Part shown: positions 46,433-60,365 of the stretch, piece by piece
Position numbering within the stretch: the stretch's first letter is position 1
Layout: the number at the start of each line of letters is the position of its first letter
The notes under the pieces: model-generated
What the model saw: only the letters and a program-made list of their open reading frames with translations
Databases searched by the model: none
What the model was told of the DNA's origin: nothing
Program-made: the position numbers and the translations under genes
Assembly: GCA_950097015.1 (NCBI GenBank)
Contig: CATNEN010000038.1
Span: 27,714,001 to 27,778,000, forward strand
From: Macrostomum hystrix
Lineage: Eukaryota > Animalia > Platyhelminthes
DNA length: 64,000 nucleotides
Reading direction: 5' to 3'

Positions 46433-48800
46433 TCACGTTGCGTCATCAGTCGCCGAGTAAGCAGGCGGAGGCTCTTCAACAGCCGCTGGCGATGCTAGTT
46501 CAGCACTCGCCGTAGCAGCTTCAGAATAATTTGGCGGCGGCAGCTGATGCTCTTGCTGCTGCTGCTGCTGCAGCTGCTGCTCCTGCTGCGTTGACGGGCT
46601 GGCAACAGTGGTAGAGTAGGCCGGCGGAGGCGGCGGCTGCAACGCTGGCGGCAGCGATGGCTGATTGTAATACTGGTGCCAAGGGTCTTCTATGGCTTCG
46701 CAACCGTCAGATATTCCATCGCCATCGACTGTTGGATTGCGATCGACTCGACTCGTTCGATGCGGTCTGGCAGAACCAACCCAGGCTGAGGAGCGAGTCA
46801 TGGCTGAAAGCGGGTCACAGACATCAGGCTGGCTGACAGAATACTTGAGCAATATCATGCGACAAACAAAAGGTGAATCTCATCAGGCGAATTACACCAG
46901 GTGAATTACACGAGGTGAATCACACGAGGTGAATCACACCAGGTTAATCACACCAGGCGAAGGAGTTTGGCAGACTCACAAATAGCCGGATCGCGAACCC
47001 TTCCGCCCCGCTGTCGGCAGCAGTTGTGTTTCAGAGGCTCCTTACAATTCTTGACAACGTAGGCAATCAGATAGCAGAGAACCACAGAGCCAGCAATGCC
47101 GAGGCCGATGTAGAGAATGCTGAACAGTCAAAAAAGCAAATTAAAAAGATTAAACAATGAAAAACTGAATTTGTTTAGTCTTAACAACATTTCCTAGTGA
47201 ATTTAGTGTACTCACTATCGCCAAAGCTGCTCAGCCCCGCAAGTGTCTGAGTTGCCAACACTGAGTCGACACTCTGAGCAGCAATACTGGGTGGCATTGC
47301 TCAGACTGCGACAGCAGTAGTCTGAGCATCTGATGTAGAATGTGGCCGTGTTGCCGATGAACGGCGTGATTAGGCACGGCTCTGACGCTGCGGCTGAGAA
47401 ATGGACATTGGGAGGCTACTTCATATTACAATAGTTTTTAAAGACCAATAATACTTTATGGCCAAGCTTGTTCAGCCTGATGAAAAGCCTGTCGCGCAAC
47501 CGCAGCTAGACCCTAACCTCTGAGGTAAGATCCTGAAGTGTGCCTGAAGGAACTGAGGTAAGACCCTGAAGTGTGTCTGAAGGAATTAATGAAAGACCCT
47601 GAAGTGTCTAAAGGAATTACTGCAAGACCCTGAAGTGTGCCTGAAGGAATTAATGCAAGACCCTGAAGTGTGTCTGAAGGAATTAATGGAAGATCCTGAA
47701 GTGTGCCTGAAGGAACTGAGGTAAGACCCTGAAGTGTGTCTGAAGGAATTAATGAAAGACCCTGAAGTGTCTAAAGGAATTACTGCAAGACCCTGAAGTG
47801 TGTCTGAAGGAATTAATGGAAGACCCTGAAGTGTGTCTGAAGGAATTAATGGAAGACCCTGAAGTGTGTCTGAAGGAATTAATGGAAGACCCTGAAGTGT
47901 GTCTGAAGGAAAATAATGCAAGACCCTGAAGTGTCTGAAGGAATTAATGAAACACCCTGAAGTGTGTCTGAAGGAACTGAGTTAAGATCCTGAAGTGCGC
48001 CTGAAGGAATTAATGCAAGACCCTGAAGTGTGTCTGAAGGAATTAATGGAAGACCCTGAAGTGTGTCTGAAGGAATTAATGCAAGACCCTGAAGTGTGTC
48101 TGAAGGAATTAATGGAAGACCCTGAAGTGTGTCTGAAGGAATTAATGCAAGACCCTGAAGTGTGTCTGAAGGAATTAATGGAAGACCCTGAAGTGTGTCT
48201 GAAGGAATTAATGGAAGACCCTGAAGTGTGTCTGAAGGAAAATAATGCAAGACCCTGAAGTGTATCTGAAAGAATTAATGCAAGACCCTGAAGTGTGTCT
48301 GAAGGAATTAATGGAAGACCCTGAAGTGTGTCTGAAGGAATTAATGCAAGACCCTGAAGTGTGTCTGAAGGAATTAATGGAAGACCCTGAAGTGTGTCTG
48401 AAGGAATTAATGCAAGACCCTGAAGTGTGTCTGAAGGAATTAATGGAAGACCCTGAAGTGTGTCTGAAGGAATTAATGGAAGACCCTGAAGTGTGTCTGA
48501 AGGAAAATAATGCAAGACCCTGAAGTGTATCTGAAAGAATTAATGCAAGACCCTGAAGTGTGTCTGAAGGAATTAATGCAAGACCCTGAAGTGTTTCGGA
48601 AGGACTTTGAATGGCAGATGGAAAGTCTCTAAGAAACAGTGTTTTACCCTGTAGGAAAATTTTAGGATCTGAAAACATAAGAAAGCAATGTTCAGCTGCT
48701 TGAGAAAGTGTACTCTCTGATTCTGCTCACCAGTATTTAGTAGACCGGCTAGCACGGCAATGTTCGCCAGTATTTCTATAGTCGATAGATAACTCGCCAT
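46433..48800 (-). CDS. Single-pass membrane protein, Shisa/WBP1/VOPP1-like, with three PPxY motifs; exons 48800-48731, 47393-47216, 47119-46980, 46803-46433
   Basis: Signal-like exon; small Cys-rich ectodomain (C..CSDYCC..QYCC..C..C); TM ILYIGLGIAGSVVLCYLIAYVV; juxtamembrane CC; tail PPAY, PPNY, PPAY; phase-compatible GT-AG junctions. Confidence 0.75.
47520..48605. repeat. 33 bp minisatellite in intron 1 of the PPxY gene
   Basis: Tandem GACCCTGAAGTGTGTCTGAAGGAATTAATGSAA units. Confidence 0.95.
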
Positions 48801-49334
48801 TTCTTTGGAACTAACACATTGAACTCACCAAGCTAACAGATTTAGCTTACGAAAAAAGAAGAGAATTGAAATTGAAGTTCAGTTAGCACGCTAGAGTTGT
48901 GCGAGTTGTCGTGCCATTCTAGTATTTAAGCACGACAAACAGAAGGCATAGCTCGCGCCACTCTGTACAATAGCATTGTGGGGTGCATCTCAGAAAAGCT
49001 CTCCAAAAAAACTGCGCGTCAACTCATTCTCGCATTGCACACAGCTCAAATAGCTGGCTTTATTTCGCCGCACAATGGCCAGCTAGCTAGCTAATTCTTT
49101 CCTGTGTTTCTGTAGTCTCGTCTCTTGTTGCTTGCTTTCTATTCGACTCCGACGAATAACAAACTACGAAGCACAATAATAGAACAATTATAAATTAATA
49201 AATAGTTCAAGTTTAATAACTTTGCGTAATCTCCTACTCGCAGTAGTAACATTGCTGTCTGAGAAACTAACACGTAAGAGGTGTAAATTAAATGCATTTT
49301 TTTCTTCGTAATCTATAATATTAATAATATTTTA

Positions 49335-49676
49335 TTAGCAGGAGGCTGCGGGCAATGGCTCGTCATTTGGTGACACTAGACCAGCGAGGAGACAATTCTG
49401 CCTGTTTCGCTGACTCCTAAGCACACACGCACACAGATACTGTACGCAGGCACCCACTCACACAGGTGTGTACATCTGCTCTGACTTTCTCATCGTCAGG
49501 CAGTGTACACTCTCACTGTGCCTTGGAGGTTGGCCCTCAAGGGCGTAAATTGCACGACAAGCCCCCAAGACTTCTCTCTGCGCTGCGAGCCAAATAAATG
49601 TGGCCTCGCCGCGGAATCGAGCTCAGGGACCTTGGTGCGAAAGGCAAACGCGTTAACCGCTCTGCCACCGAACCCC
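49335..49676 (-). mobile_element. SINE family 1, full-length copy
   Basis: Complete head, body and tail on the reverse strand. Confidence 0.9.
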
Positions 49677-49835
49677 TCTAGGATAATTCAGTTTCTACTC
49701 TATATATCCATATAGAAAACTTTAAATCCTAAAATATCGTACTAAAACAAAATATGCCCAAACATGCAAAAGAAAATTAGACAACGAAACTGATTTCATT
49801 TTAATTGCAAATCGACATTCCATAGTCTATTAGCG

Positions 49836-52800
49836 TCAAACGCTGAAGTGTTCAAAAAGAGACTGCAATAGCAGGGCAAGGCCCCCACCACTAGTCTCCG
49901 AGCGTGCCTCTAAGCGCTGCACAATTCTGACGCAATGCGGCAACGGACTAGCTAATAGGCCGCGCAATTGCTTAGCAACGGTTGCTATGGTGAGCTCGTC
50001 GCGTAGCCAGGCCATAGAGTCAGGTAGATTTAGGTTAAGACGATTGTCGGACACTCGAAGTGCAGTTTCAGAAACTTTAACGATTGCAAATTCTACTGCG
50101 GCGGCAGCTGATGCAGACATTGTGCAGGAATCACTTAGCAACGAATGTAAGCAGCTGGGCTCCAAACACAGCAGCGACAGATTGCTGCAGTTTTTAAAGA
50201 ATAAACATAAACATCTTTACACATTGACACATTGGATCTAGGCGTCAAAGATGGGATATAGGAGTCAAAGATGGGATCTAGGCGTCAAAAATGGGATCTA
50301 GGCGTCAAAGATGGAATCTAGGCGTCAAAGATGAGATATAGGCGTCAGAGATGGGATATAGGCGTCAGAGATGGGAGCTATGTGTAAGAGATGGGATCTA
50401 GGCGTCAGAGATGGCATCTATGGGTCATAGATGGGATCCATGGGTAAGAGATGGGATCTATAGGTAAGAGATAGAATCTATGGATCGGAGATTGGATCTA
50501 TGGGTCAGAGATAGGATCTATTGGTCAGAGATGGGATCTATGGGTCAGAGATGGGATATAGGAGTCAGACATGGGATCTATGTGTAAGAGATGGGATCTA
50601 TGTGTAAGAGATGGGATCTATGTGTAAGAGATGGGATCTATGTGTAAGAGATGGGATCTATTGGTCAGAGATGGGATCTATGGGTCAGAGATGGGATCTA
50701 TTGGTCAGAGATTGGATCATCAGGTCAGACATGGGATCTATGTGTAAGATATGGGATCTATGTGTAAGATATGGGATCTATGTGTAAGATAAGGGATCTA
50801 TGTGTAATATATCGGATCTATGTGTAAGATATGGGATCTATGTGTAAGTTATGGGATCTACGGGTAAGAGATGGGATCTATGTGTCAGAGATGGGATCTA
50901 CGAGTATGTGTCAGAGATGGGATCTATGTGTAAGATATGGGATCTACGGGTAAGAGATGGGATCTTCGTGAAAGAGATGGGATCTTCGTGAAAGAGATGG
51001 GATTTATGTGTCAGAGATGGGATCTATGGGTCAGAGATGGGATCTATGTGTCAGAGATGGGATCTATGGGTCAGAGATAGGATCTATGGGTCAGAGATGG
51101 GATCTATGTGTAAGAGATGGGATCTATGGGTCAGAGATGGGATCTATGGGTCAGAGATGGGATCTATTGGTCAGAGATGGGATCTTCGGGTCAGACATGG
51201 GATCTATGTGTAAGATATGGGATCTATGCGTAAGTTATGGGATCTATGGGTAAGAGATGGGATCTTCGTGAAAGAGATGGGATCTATGGGTCAAAGATGG
51301 GATCTATGGGTCAGAGATGGGATCTATGGGTCAGAGATGGGATCTATTGGTCAGAGATGGGATCTATGGGTCAGAGATGGGATCTATTGGTCAGAGATGG
51401 GATCTTCGGGTAAGACATTGGATCTATGTGTAAGATATGGGATCTATGCGTAAGTTATGGGATCTACGGGTAAGAGATGGGATCTTCGTGAAAGAGATGG
51501 GATCAATGATCAAATATGGGATCTATGGGTCAGAGATGGGATCTATGGGTCAGAGATGGGATCTATGGGTCAGAGATGGGATCTATGGGTCAGAGATGGG
51601 ATCTATGGGTCAGAGATGGGATCTATGGGTAAGAGAGGGCATCTAAAAAGCAAATAAGCAAGGATACCAACTGACAGATCGGCTATAGTAGGCTTCTCGC
51701 ATAGCAATTCCTGATGAACAAATCTATGGATGCAATCAATAATAGCCTCATTTGTGCTGGGATCATTGTGCCCAGTAATGTCCACAAGATCCGGCTTTTG
51801 AACAGTGCAAATCAATAAGGTCTGCAAATTTTAGTTTTTATTATTAAAGACGATATAAATTAGAATTTTTGAAGGAATTAAGCAGCTAGACTCAAAACTC
51901 ACAGCCATGCCAGACGGACATTGCTCAAGCAGCCATAGAAGGTAGCGTCGCACTATCGATTCAGTATTATCTGACTGATCAACAGTCGAAGCTAGAAGAT
52001 GCTGCCTGCATCGATTCAGCAGCTGTTGAGAGTGAGTCAGGGCTAGCACTTTATCCATGGAGACACTAGCAGTTGAATTCGATAAGCAAACTGACCGAAT
52101 CTCTGAAGCCACTAATACCAATTGAGACTGAAAATTAATATAAATCTTTGTACGAGGTTACAAAGACGCTCAGTCGATATAAGAAAACTATTTATTAAAT
52201 TAACAAATTCAAAGGTCCAATTACATTCACAGGAGCAGACCACGTGGCATAGTTTGTCAGCACAAAATTCTTCACATCATTTAAGGCGTGACTGTTACAT
52301 AGAATCGCCTGAAAAATGGAAATATATTATCTTTAATTGATAACTGCAGATGCTAGACATTGTAAAGTACATTCAAATTAAATTACCTGCACCAATAGAG
52401 CTACGCCATTTAGCAAACTGTCAAAGTTGATAACGTGCACTAGCTCAGGACAAAGGTGAGCCAGGGTTCGATTAAGTAGTTTAGACACAAGCTGATACTG
52501 AGCTTCTTGATGGCTTTTAACTGTATCAGAAAGTGTCTGAAAATTAAATAAGCATAACACCAGATTGGTCAGATGTATAGCCACTGACGCAACTGCAGCT
52601 ATTATTACCAGTATGATATGAAAAAAAAATTAATGTAAGACTGTTCAGTACATGGACTGGGTGTGGGTAGCCACAGTCAACCTAATTTCTACCTTAGTAA
52701 ATGCTAGGTCTGTCCATTTAACAGCTGGTTAAACTATTATTGGGTAAAAAACATACTGTTAAGTACTTGCTAAGACAGAGTACCTAAGTACTATTAAGTA

Positions 52801-53162
52801 AGTTAAGTACTTATTATTACACTGCTAAGTACTAGAGTGTAATAAGAATCATAATTGCTGGAGGGCTGCAGGCAGTCGCACATCATTAAGTGACACTAGA
52901 CCAGTCACCCGGAGCCAGCGAGACATCTGCCCTGACTTTCTCATTGCCAGGCAGTGTTCATTTCACTGTTCATTTCACCCTTAATAATACAGCGTAAGGT
53001 TAAAAATGCAAAATTTACCTTTTGAAATGATTGTGCAAACTCCAGATAGCTAGCTATCATATCTTGAGTTTGATGCTTCATATATGCCGAAGTTAGTAAC
53101 ATATATACTTCTACATATTTTCTTGCCATATCGGCAAATAGTTGCATTGCCTGTTGTTTCTC
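49836..53162 (-). CDS. Spliced gene of unknown function, 3' part; exons 53162-53019, 52536-52387, 52308-~52231, 52127-51903, 51821-51676, 50184-49836
   Basis: Six open segments bounded by AG/GT with compatible phases; Leu-rich, helical-looking product; no recognised motif; start exon not found. Confidence 0.6.
50233..51645. repeat. 20 bp minisatellite (ATGGGATCTATGGGTCAGAG) filling an intron
   Basis: Tandem units seen directly. Confidence 0.95.
52852..52967 (-). mobile_element. SINE family 1, deleted fragment
   Basis: Tail plus hairpin segment. Confidence 0.7.
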
Positions 53163-53607
53163 CTGTAAGGTTAGGTTGAAGTAATATTTGTTCACATGTT
53201 TATTATTTGTTAAATTCTGATTTTATAAAAAAAGGATATCTTGTTGTGTTGAAAATTGTTTCCAGCTATTGATTGTGCCATACTGAAAAAGTTTTTTATA
53301 TCCTAGCTAGGTAGCTATTTATACAAAACCTTGAGACTGAAGATAGTATTTTTTATATTAAATATGTAGACCTTTGCATTATTTTGAACTACCAGTTTAA
53401 GTAATAGCTAAGAACTCCAAATTATTATAGCCATTGAGGGTGTTGAAGTAGAAGAATTGATTCTTCATTAAAAAACTACATTCTGACTCTGTCTTAGCAA
53501 CACAAGGTTTATCAATTATGACCATAGCTAAAAATTGATAGGCCAAGCTAAGCCAGCTGGTAGCTACATAAGACTAAATAGTTGATAAAGCTAGGTCATA
53601 ATAATTA

Positions 53608-53961
53608 AATTTGCAGGAGGGCTGTAGGCAATGGCACATAATTTGGTGATACTAGGCCCATAGCCAGCAAGAAGGCAATTCTACCCATTTCACTGACCCT
53701 AAGCACACACACATACTGATACCATATGCAGGCATACACTCACACAGGGGTGCACATCTGCCTCATTTTCAGGCAGTGTACACTTCACTGTGCTTTGGGG
53801 GTTGGCTATCCCTATAGGGTGTAAATAGTATGACAAGCCCTGGAGCCCCGAAGCCTTCTCTCTGTGGCTGAGTCCGAGTCCCAAATGTGGCCTCACCATG
53901 GAATCAAGCTTCACCTTGGTGAGAGAGGCAAATGCATTAAATGTTCAGCCACTGACCCCCT
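53608..53961 (-). mobile_element. SINE family 1, diverged full-length copy
   Basis: Colinear with the family; many substitutions. Confidence 0.85.
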
Positions 53962-54350
53962 CAAACTGGTAAAGTTTGACAAAAATTTAACAAAAACCAA
54001 AAATAATAATAGGCCTTGCTAAGTTTCATTATTAGAAAATCAAAAGTTATGAATTTATTTACATAAACTTAGAGAACCAACAAGCAATAATAGTGAGGTA
54101 GCACATCTGTAGTTTTATAAGAAAATTGTAACCACTGCCCTCATAAAAAGAGATTTATATCATATTATTAATCTGATATTTACTTAAGTAAGTAAGTAAG
54201 TTGCTTACTTGCTAATAACAAAAAGTAATATAGCCCAAATATTAAAAACAAATTAGAAAATTACGAATACAAAAAACTGTTCGGAAATAAAGTCAACCAT
54301 TTTCAAAAAAACGTAGAAGAAGGACTTAAGACTATACTATTACATATAGT

Positions 54351-55632
54351 CAGTGTTGGGCAAGTTACTCAAAAAAAGTAACTTCCGTTACAGTAACTTC
54401 CGTTACCAAAGAAAGTAACTTCCGGTAAAAGTTACTGTAACGCTTTAACAAAAAGTAACTTCCGGTACTCCGTTACTGTAAGTCCGTTACTTTTTTATTT
54501 GTACGTTATTTCAGTTGTACTATATATGGACATATCTTTATATTCTAAATAAAATGCGTTATAACCCCTTATAATCACTAACTCACTATACATTTTTAAC
54601 CAGTAACAAAATTATATCAGTAGCAATCTTGCATATTTGTTGTTTGAATAAATTAATTTCCAGGAAAGTAACGAGAACTTTTGACTTAAGTTTTAACTTT
54701 TAACAAGTGTCTTTCCTGAAAATAATTTAACGAATGAGAATGCAGGATTGCCATTTTAGCTGCGAGGCATTTGAAATCCACTTTGAGTCTTTGACTTATG
54801 AAGTTTAAGCTAATAGCAAAAACACAAAAAAGCAGGCAAAAAACTTCCAACTGGCAAAGAGTCCAACTGGCAAAAAACAGTCCAAGTAAGTACCAAGTCT
54901 ATAAAATATTAAATAGATTAACTGATTAAGATGTTAGATGACTGTTTCCCCGCAGCAGCAGCAGACGCGTGAGAGTCCTGTCTGCGAGGGGTGCACGCTT
55001 CGCTCGCAGCACATCTTTTGCCATTGAGAAAGCACGCTCAACGGCAGCGCTGGACGGCACAGCTGTGTTGTAGCGGACGAAGAGGTCTTTAATCACTGGC
55101 GTATTTTTGAAAGCCAGGTCGGAGACCCCAACTTCTGGCTTCCAGACGCCGTCGAGCCAATCGCGGATTATAATCTTTGCCTTCATCCTGGAGTTCTCCT
55201 CCTTGTGGCTGTGGGGCTTTTGCGGCTGACTGACGTGGCTTAGAAGGTCGTCACTGCCATCGCCATTCCCGCTGGAGAGGCTGCTGCCGTCGGCTCCATC
55301 TCCCACCACTTCGACCTGACTTGCCATCGCTAGTTCCAGTTCGCTCCTCACAGCATTCACCATGGCCTGCTGTACTCTCTGACACTTCGTCGCGTCGAAG
55401 CACTTCAGCCACGTCAGACGGAATCGGGGGTGGAAGCCTGACGCCAGCAAGCACTCCATGTTGTTGAAGGCGGGCTCAAATCGCTGTCGAATACAGTCCT
55501 GCAGGCTGTTGACAAGTCCGTTGCAGTACTCCAGCGCGCTGCCATCTGTTCTGGCCTTCAGCTCGTCCAGCTTCGCGAGGACGCCAGTGACAACTGGCAG
55601 CATTAGTCCCAAATAGACGTTCTCTTTTCCTG
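54351..55632 (-). mobile_element. hAT transposon 3' end with transposase C-terminus (ORF 54926-55612)
   Basis: Terminus CAGTGTTGGGCAAGTTAC; clustered GTAACTTCCG subterminal repeats; hATC dimerization motif PSSAAVERAFSMAKDVL..KR..L; LASGFHPRFRL; truncated near 55632. Confidence 0.85.
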
Positions 55633-56859
55633 CTGTAGCTCAAAAAAGGGAACCAAATGTCCCCAGGGGTTTGGCGTTGGGGACGTCGATGACGATGCCA
55701 TCAGTGTGCAAATTCTTAAAATTTGGCTTAATTCGCAGATTCGAGGTAAGGTAACCAGAGTGAGTTACACAGGTCAGAGTCGAGAAAATGATTCAAAGGA
55801 ACAATCGAACGAGAAACGAAAAAAAATTGAATTCAGTCAACAGATAAACAAAATATACAATTAAAATGTAAAAAGTCACAAAAATACTAATAAATGACTA
55901 AAGAGATAGTAAAAAACCTATAAACAATGACAAATAGGAAATTTATACAAACGGGTAATTGGGGTAAACAAGCCACTTGTCACCCGTGTTACACTCCGTA
56001 AAGCCAAATCTGCGTTACAACACGAGCCTACAAAGCGGTACTCTGCGCGCAGCGGCGTATTGATACGCGCAGCTTATAGCTTTCAAAGCCAATACAACGC
56101 TTTTATGTGGGGCAAACGTCGAACGTGCTGCTATATATAAATACGTGCTGAAATATAAATATAAAGCATGCTGCTTATGTTAAATAAGTTTCGCAACAGG
56201 ACAACTAATCTAACATAATGTTTAGGCTAGTGAAAGCTTAAGCCAGTAATTATACAATTAGGCTATCGTATAATTGGAATTGGCTGTTGCTAATTCTATT
56301 TTTAGTACTAGCACTAATAGTAGCTAGGCTGAGCTAGTTGAATATGACTATTCAAAAGGATATTAGACAATAGCAAAAAATTATATATCATATATCGACT
56401 ATAGCTTTAGGTATAGCTTGCTTATGTGCTTCTGTGTACTGTGTAGCCTAGCTAAAATATGTTTAGTGTATATATATATAGGCCTATATATATATATATA
56501 TATAACTGCTATACAGCATTATAGCCTACTTCAAAACCACTTTCACAATTGATAATCAATGGCCTGACAAATATAACTAGATTCAATGCAAGTACACCAG
56601 TATTTAAATAAACTGACTAGTCTAAATGAAATTCTCTTGGTAGCTATTGATATGAAAAATGTTTTGATATACCTAAATACCTAAAAATAGCTAAAGGTCC
56701 CTACCTATATAAATGTTCTTTTTATTGACTGACAAAATGTATATAATTATATTGATCTAGCTCCTGATCTATTATGTCTTGTAAATCTATTATGTCTACT
56801 AGCAAAATAAAAAGAAACATTATTGCCAGCTAGCTAGTTACTATCCTAAAGGCTTTCCT

Positions 56860-59800
56860 ACTCTCCTCTAGCCTCCGCCCTCCTCAACCATCCTCTACCC
56901 TCCACTACTCTCCTCTATCTTCCCTGCCATCCTCTACCCTCCACTACCCTTCACTATCCTCCCCACCATCCTTTACCCTCCTTCACCATCCTCTACTCTC
57001 CTCTACACCCTTCCCTCTTCCCTCTACTCCTCTTCCCTTTACTACTATCCTCTACCCTCCTCTACTCTGCTCTAACCTCTTCTCTCCACTACCATCCTCT
57101 ACCCTTCTCTACCCTCTTCTACCCTCCTATAACCTCCTCTAACCTCCTCTACCCTCCTTTACCCTGCTCTACCCTGCTCTACCCTCCTCTACCCTCCTCT
57201 AACCTCCTCTAACCTCCTCTACCCTCCTCTACCCTGCTCTACCCTGCTCTACCCTCCTCTACCCTCCTCTAACCTCCTCTAACCTCCTCTACCCTCCTCT
57301 ACCCTGCTCTACCCTGCTCTACCCTCCTCTAACCTCCTCTACCCTCCTCTACCCTTCTCTACCCTCCTCTAACCTCCTCTAACCTCCTCTACCCTGCTCT
57401 ACCCTCCTCTACCCTCCTCTAACCTCCTCTAACCTCCTCTACCCTGCTCTACCCTCCTCTAACCTCCTCTAACCTCCTCTAACCTCCTCTACCCTGCTCT
57501 ACCCTCCTCTACTCTCCTCTATCCCCTTCCCTCCACTACCATCGACCATCGACCATCCTCTACCCTCCTCTACCCTCCTCTACCCTGCTCTACCCTCCTC
57601 TACTCTCCACTACCATCCTCTACCCTTCTCTACCCTCCTCTACCCTCCTCTAACCTCAACCTCCTCTACCCTCCTCTAACCTCAACCTCCTCTACCCTCC
57701 TCTACCCTGCTCTACCCTCCTCTACCCTCCTCTAACCTCCTCTAACCTCCTCTACCCTCCTCTACCCTGCTCTACCCTGCTCTACCCTCCTCTACCCTCC
57801 TCTAACCTCCTCTAACCTCCTCTACCCTCCTCTACCCTGCTCTACCCTGCTCTACCCTCCTCTAACCTCCTCTACCCTCCTCTACCCTTCTCTACCCTCC
57901 TCTAACCTCCTCTAACCTCCTCTACCCTGCTCTACCCTCCTCTACCCTGCTCTAACCTCCTCTAACCTCCTCTACCCTGCTCTACCCTCCTCTACCCTCC
58001 TCTAACCTCCTCTAACCTCCTCTAACCTCCTCTACCCTGCTCTACCCTCCTCTACTCTCCTCTATCCCCTTCCCTCCACTACCATCGACCATCGACCATC
58101 CTCTACCCTCCTCTACCCTCCTCTACCCTGCTCTACCCTCCTGTACTCTCCACTACCATCCTCTACCCTTCTCTACCCTCCTCTACCCTCCTCTAACCTC
58201 AACCTCCTCTACCCTCCTCTAACCTCAACCTCCTCTACCCTCCTCTACCCTGCTCTACCCTGCTCTACCCTCCTCTACTCTCCTCTATCCCCTTCCCTCC
58301 ACTACCATCGACCATCGACCATCCTCTACCCTCCTCTACCCTCCTCTACCCTCCTCTAACCTCAACCTCCTCTACCCTCCTCTAACCTCAACCTCCTCTA
58401 CCCTCCTCTACCCTGCTCTACCCTGCTCTACCCTCCTCTACTCTCCTCTACCCCCTTCCCTCCTCTTCCCTCCACTACCATCCTCTACCCTGCTCTACCC
58501 TCCGCTACTCTCCTCTACTCAACTATACTCTACTATATCTTTCCCTGCTCTTTCCTCCTCTACCCTCCTCTACTCTCCTCTACTCAACTCTACTCTACTA
58601 TATCTTTCCCTGCTCTTTCCTCCTCTACCCTCCTCTACTCTCCTCTACTCAACTCTACTATATCTTTCCCTGCTCTTTCCTCCTCTACCCTCCTCTACCC
58701 TTCTCTACCCTCCTCTACCCTCCTCTACCCTCCTCTACTCTCCTCTACCCCCTTCCCTCCTCTTCTCTCCACTACCATCGACCATCGACCCTCCTCTACC
58801 CTCCTCTACCCTCCTCTACCCTCCTCTACCCTCCTCTATCTTCCCCGCCATCCTCTACCCTCCACTCCCCTTCTCTTTCCTACCCGCCATCCTCTACCCT
58901 CCACTCCCCTTCTCTATCCTCCCCAACATCCTCTACCCTCCTTCACCAGTCTTTACTCTCCTCTACCCCCTTCCCTCCTCAACCATTCTCTACCCTGCTC
59001 TAACCTCGTCGATCCTCCCCACTATCCTCTACCCTCCGCTACCCTCCTCTATCTTCCCCGCCATCCTCTACCCTCCACCACCCTCCCTAGCCATCCACTA
59101 ATCTCCTCTACCCCCTTCCATCCTCTTCCCTCCACTACCATCAACCATCCTCTACCCTCCTCTACCCTGCTCTAACCTCCCCTACCATCCTCTACCCTGC
59201 TCTAACCTCCCCTACCATCCTCTACCCTGCTCTAACCTCCCCTACTCTCCCCTACCCTGCTCTACCCTGCTCTACCCTCCTCTACCCTCCTCTACCCTGC
59301 TCTAACCTCGTCGATCCTCCCCACCCTCCTCTATCTTCCCCGCCATCCTCTACCCTCCACCACCCTCCCTCTATCTTTCCCTGCTCTACCCTCCTCTACT
59401 CTCCTCTACCCCCTTCCCTCCTCTTACCTCCACTACCATCGACCATCGACCATCCTCTACCCTCCTCTACCCTCCTCTACCCTCCTCTACCCTCCTCTAA
59501 CCTCCTCTACCCCCTTCCCTCCTCTTCCCTCCACTACCATCCTCTACCCTTCTCTACCCTCCTCTACCCTCCTCTAACCTCCTCTAACCTCCTCTACCCT
59601 CCTCTAACCTGCTCTACCCTGCTCTACCCTCCTCTACTCTCCTCTACCCCCTTACCTCCTCTTCCCTCCACTACCATCGACCATCGACCATCCTCTACCC
59701 TCCTCTACCCTCCTCTACCCTCCTCTAACCTCCTCTACCCTCCTCTACGCTCCTCTACCCCCTTCCCTCCTCTTCCCTCCACTACCATCGACCATCGACC

Positions 59801-60365
59801 ATCCTCTACCCTCCTCTACCGTCCTCTACCCTCCTCTACCCTCCTCTACCCTCCTCTACCCTCCTCTACCCTCCTCTACCCTCCTATACCCTCCTCTAAC
59901 CTCCTCTAACCTCCTCTACCCTCCTATACCCTCCTCTAACCTCCTCTAACCTCCTCTACCCTCCTCTACTCTCCTCTACTCTACTCTACTCTACTCTACC
60001 TTTCCCTGCTCTTTCCTCCTCTACCCTCCTTTACCCTCCTCTACCCTCCTCTACCCTCCTCTACTCTCCTCTACCCCCTTCCCTCCTTTTCCTTCCACTA
60101 CCATCGACCATCGACCCTCCTCTACCCTCCTCTACCCTCCTCTACCCTCCTCTACCCTCCTATACCCTCCTCTAACCTCCTCTAACCTCCTCTACCCTCC
60201 TCTACCCTCCTCTACTCTCCTCTACTCTCCTCTACCCTCCTCTACTCTCCTCTACTCTACTCTACTCTACTCTACTCTACTCTACCTTTCCCTGCTCTTT
60301 CCTCCTCTACCCTCCTTTACCCTCCTCTACCCTCCTCTACCCTCCTCTACTCTCCTCTACCCCCT
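56860..60365. repeat. ~3.5 kb C/T-rich 10 bp satellite (CTCTACCCTC and variants)
   Basis: Tandem units seen directly; strong strand asymmetry. Confidence 0.95.
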
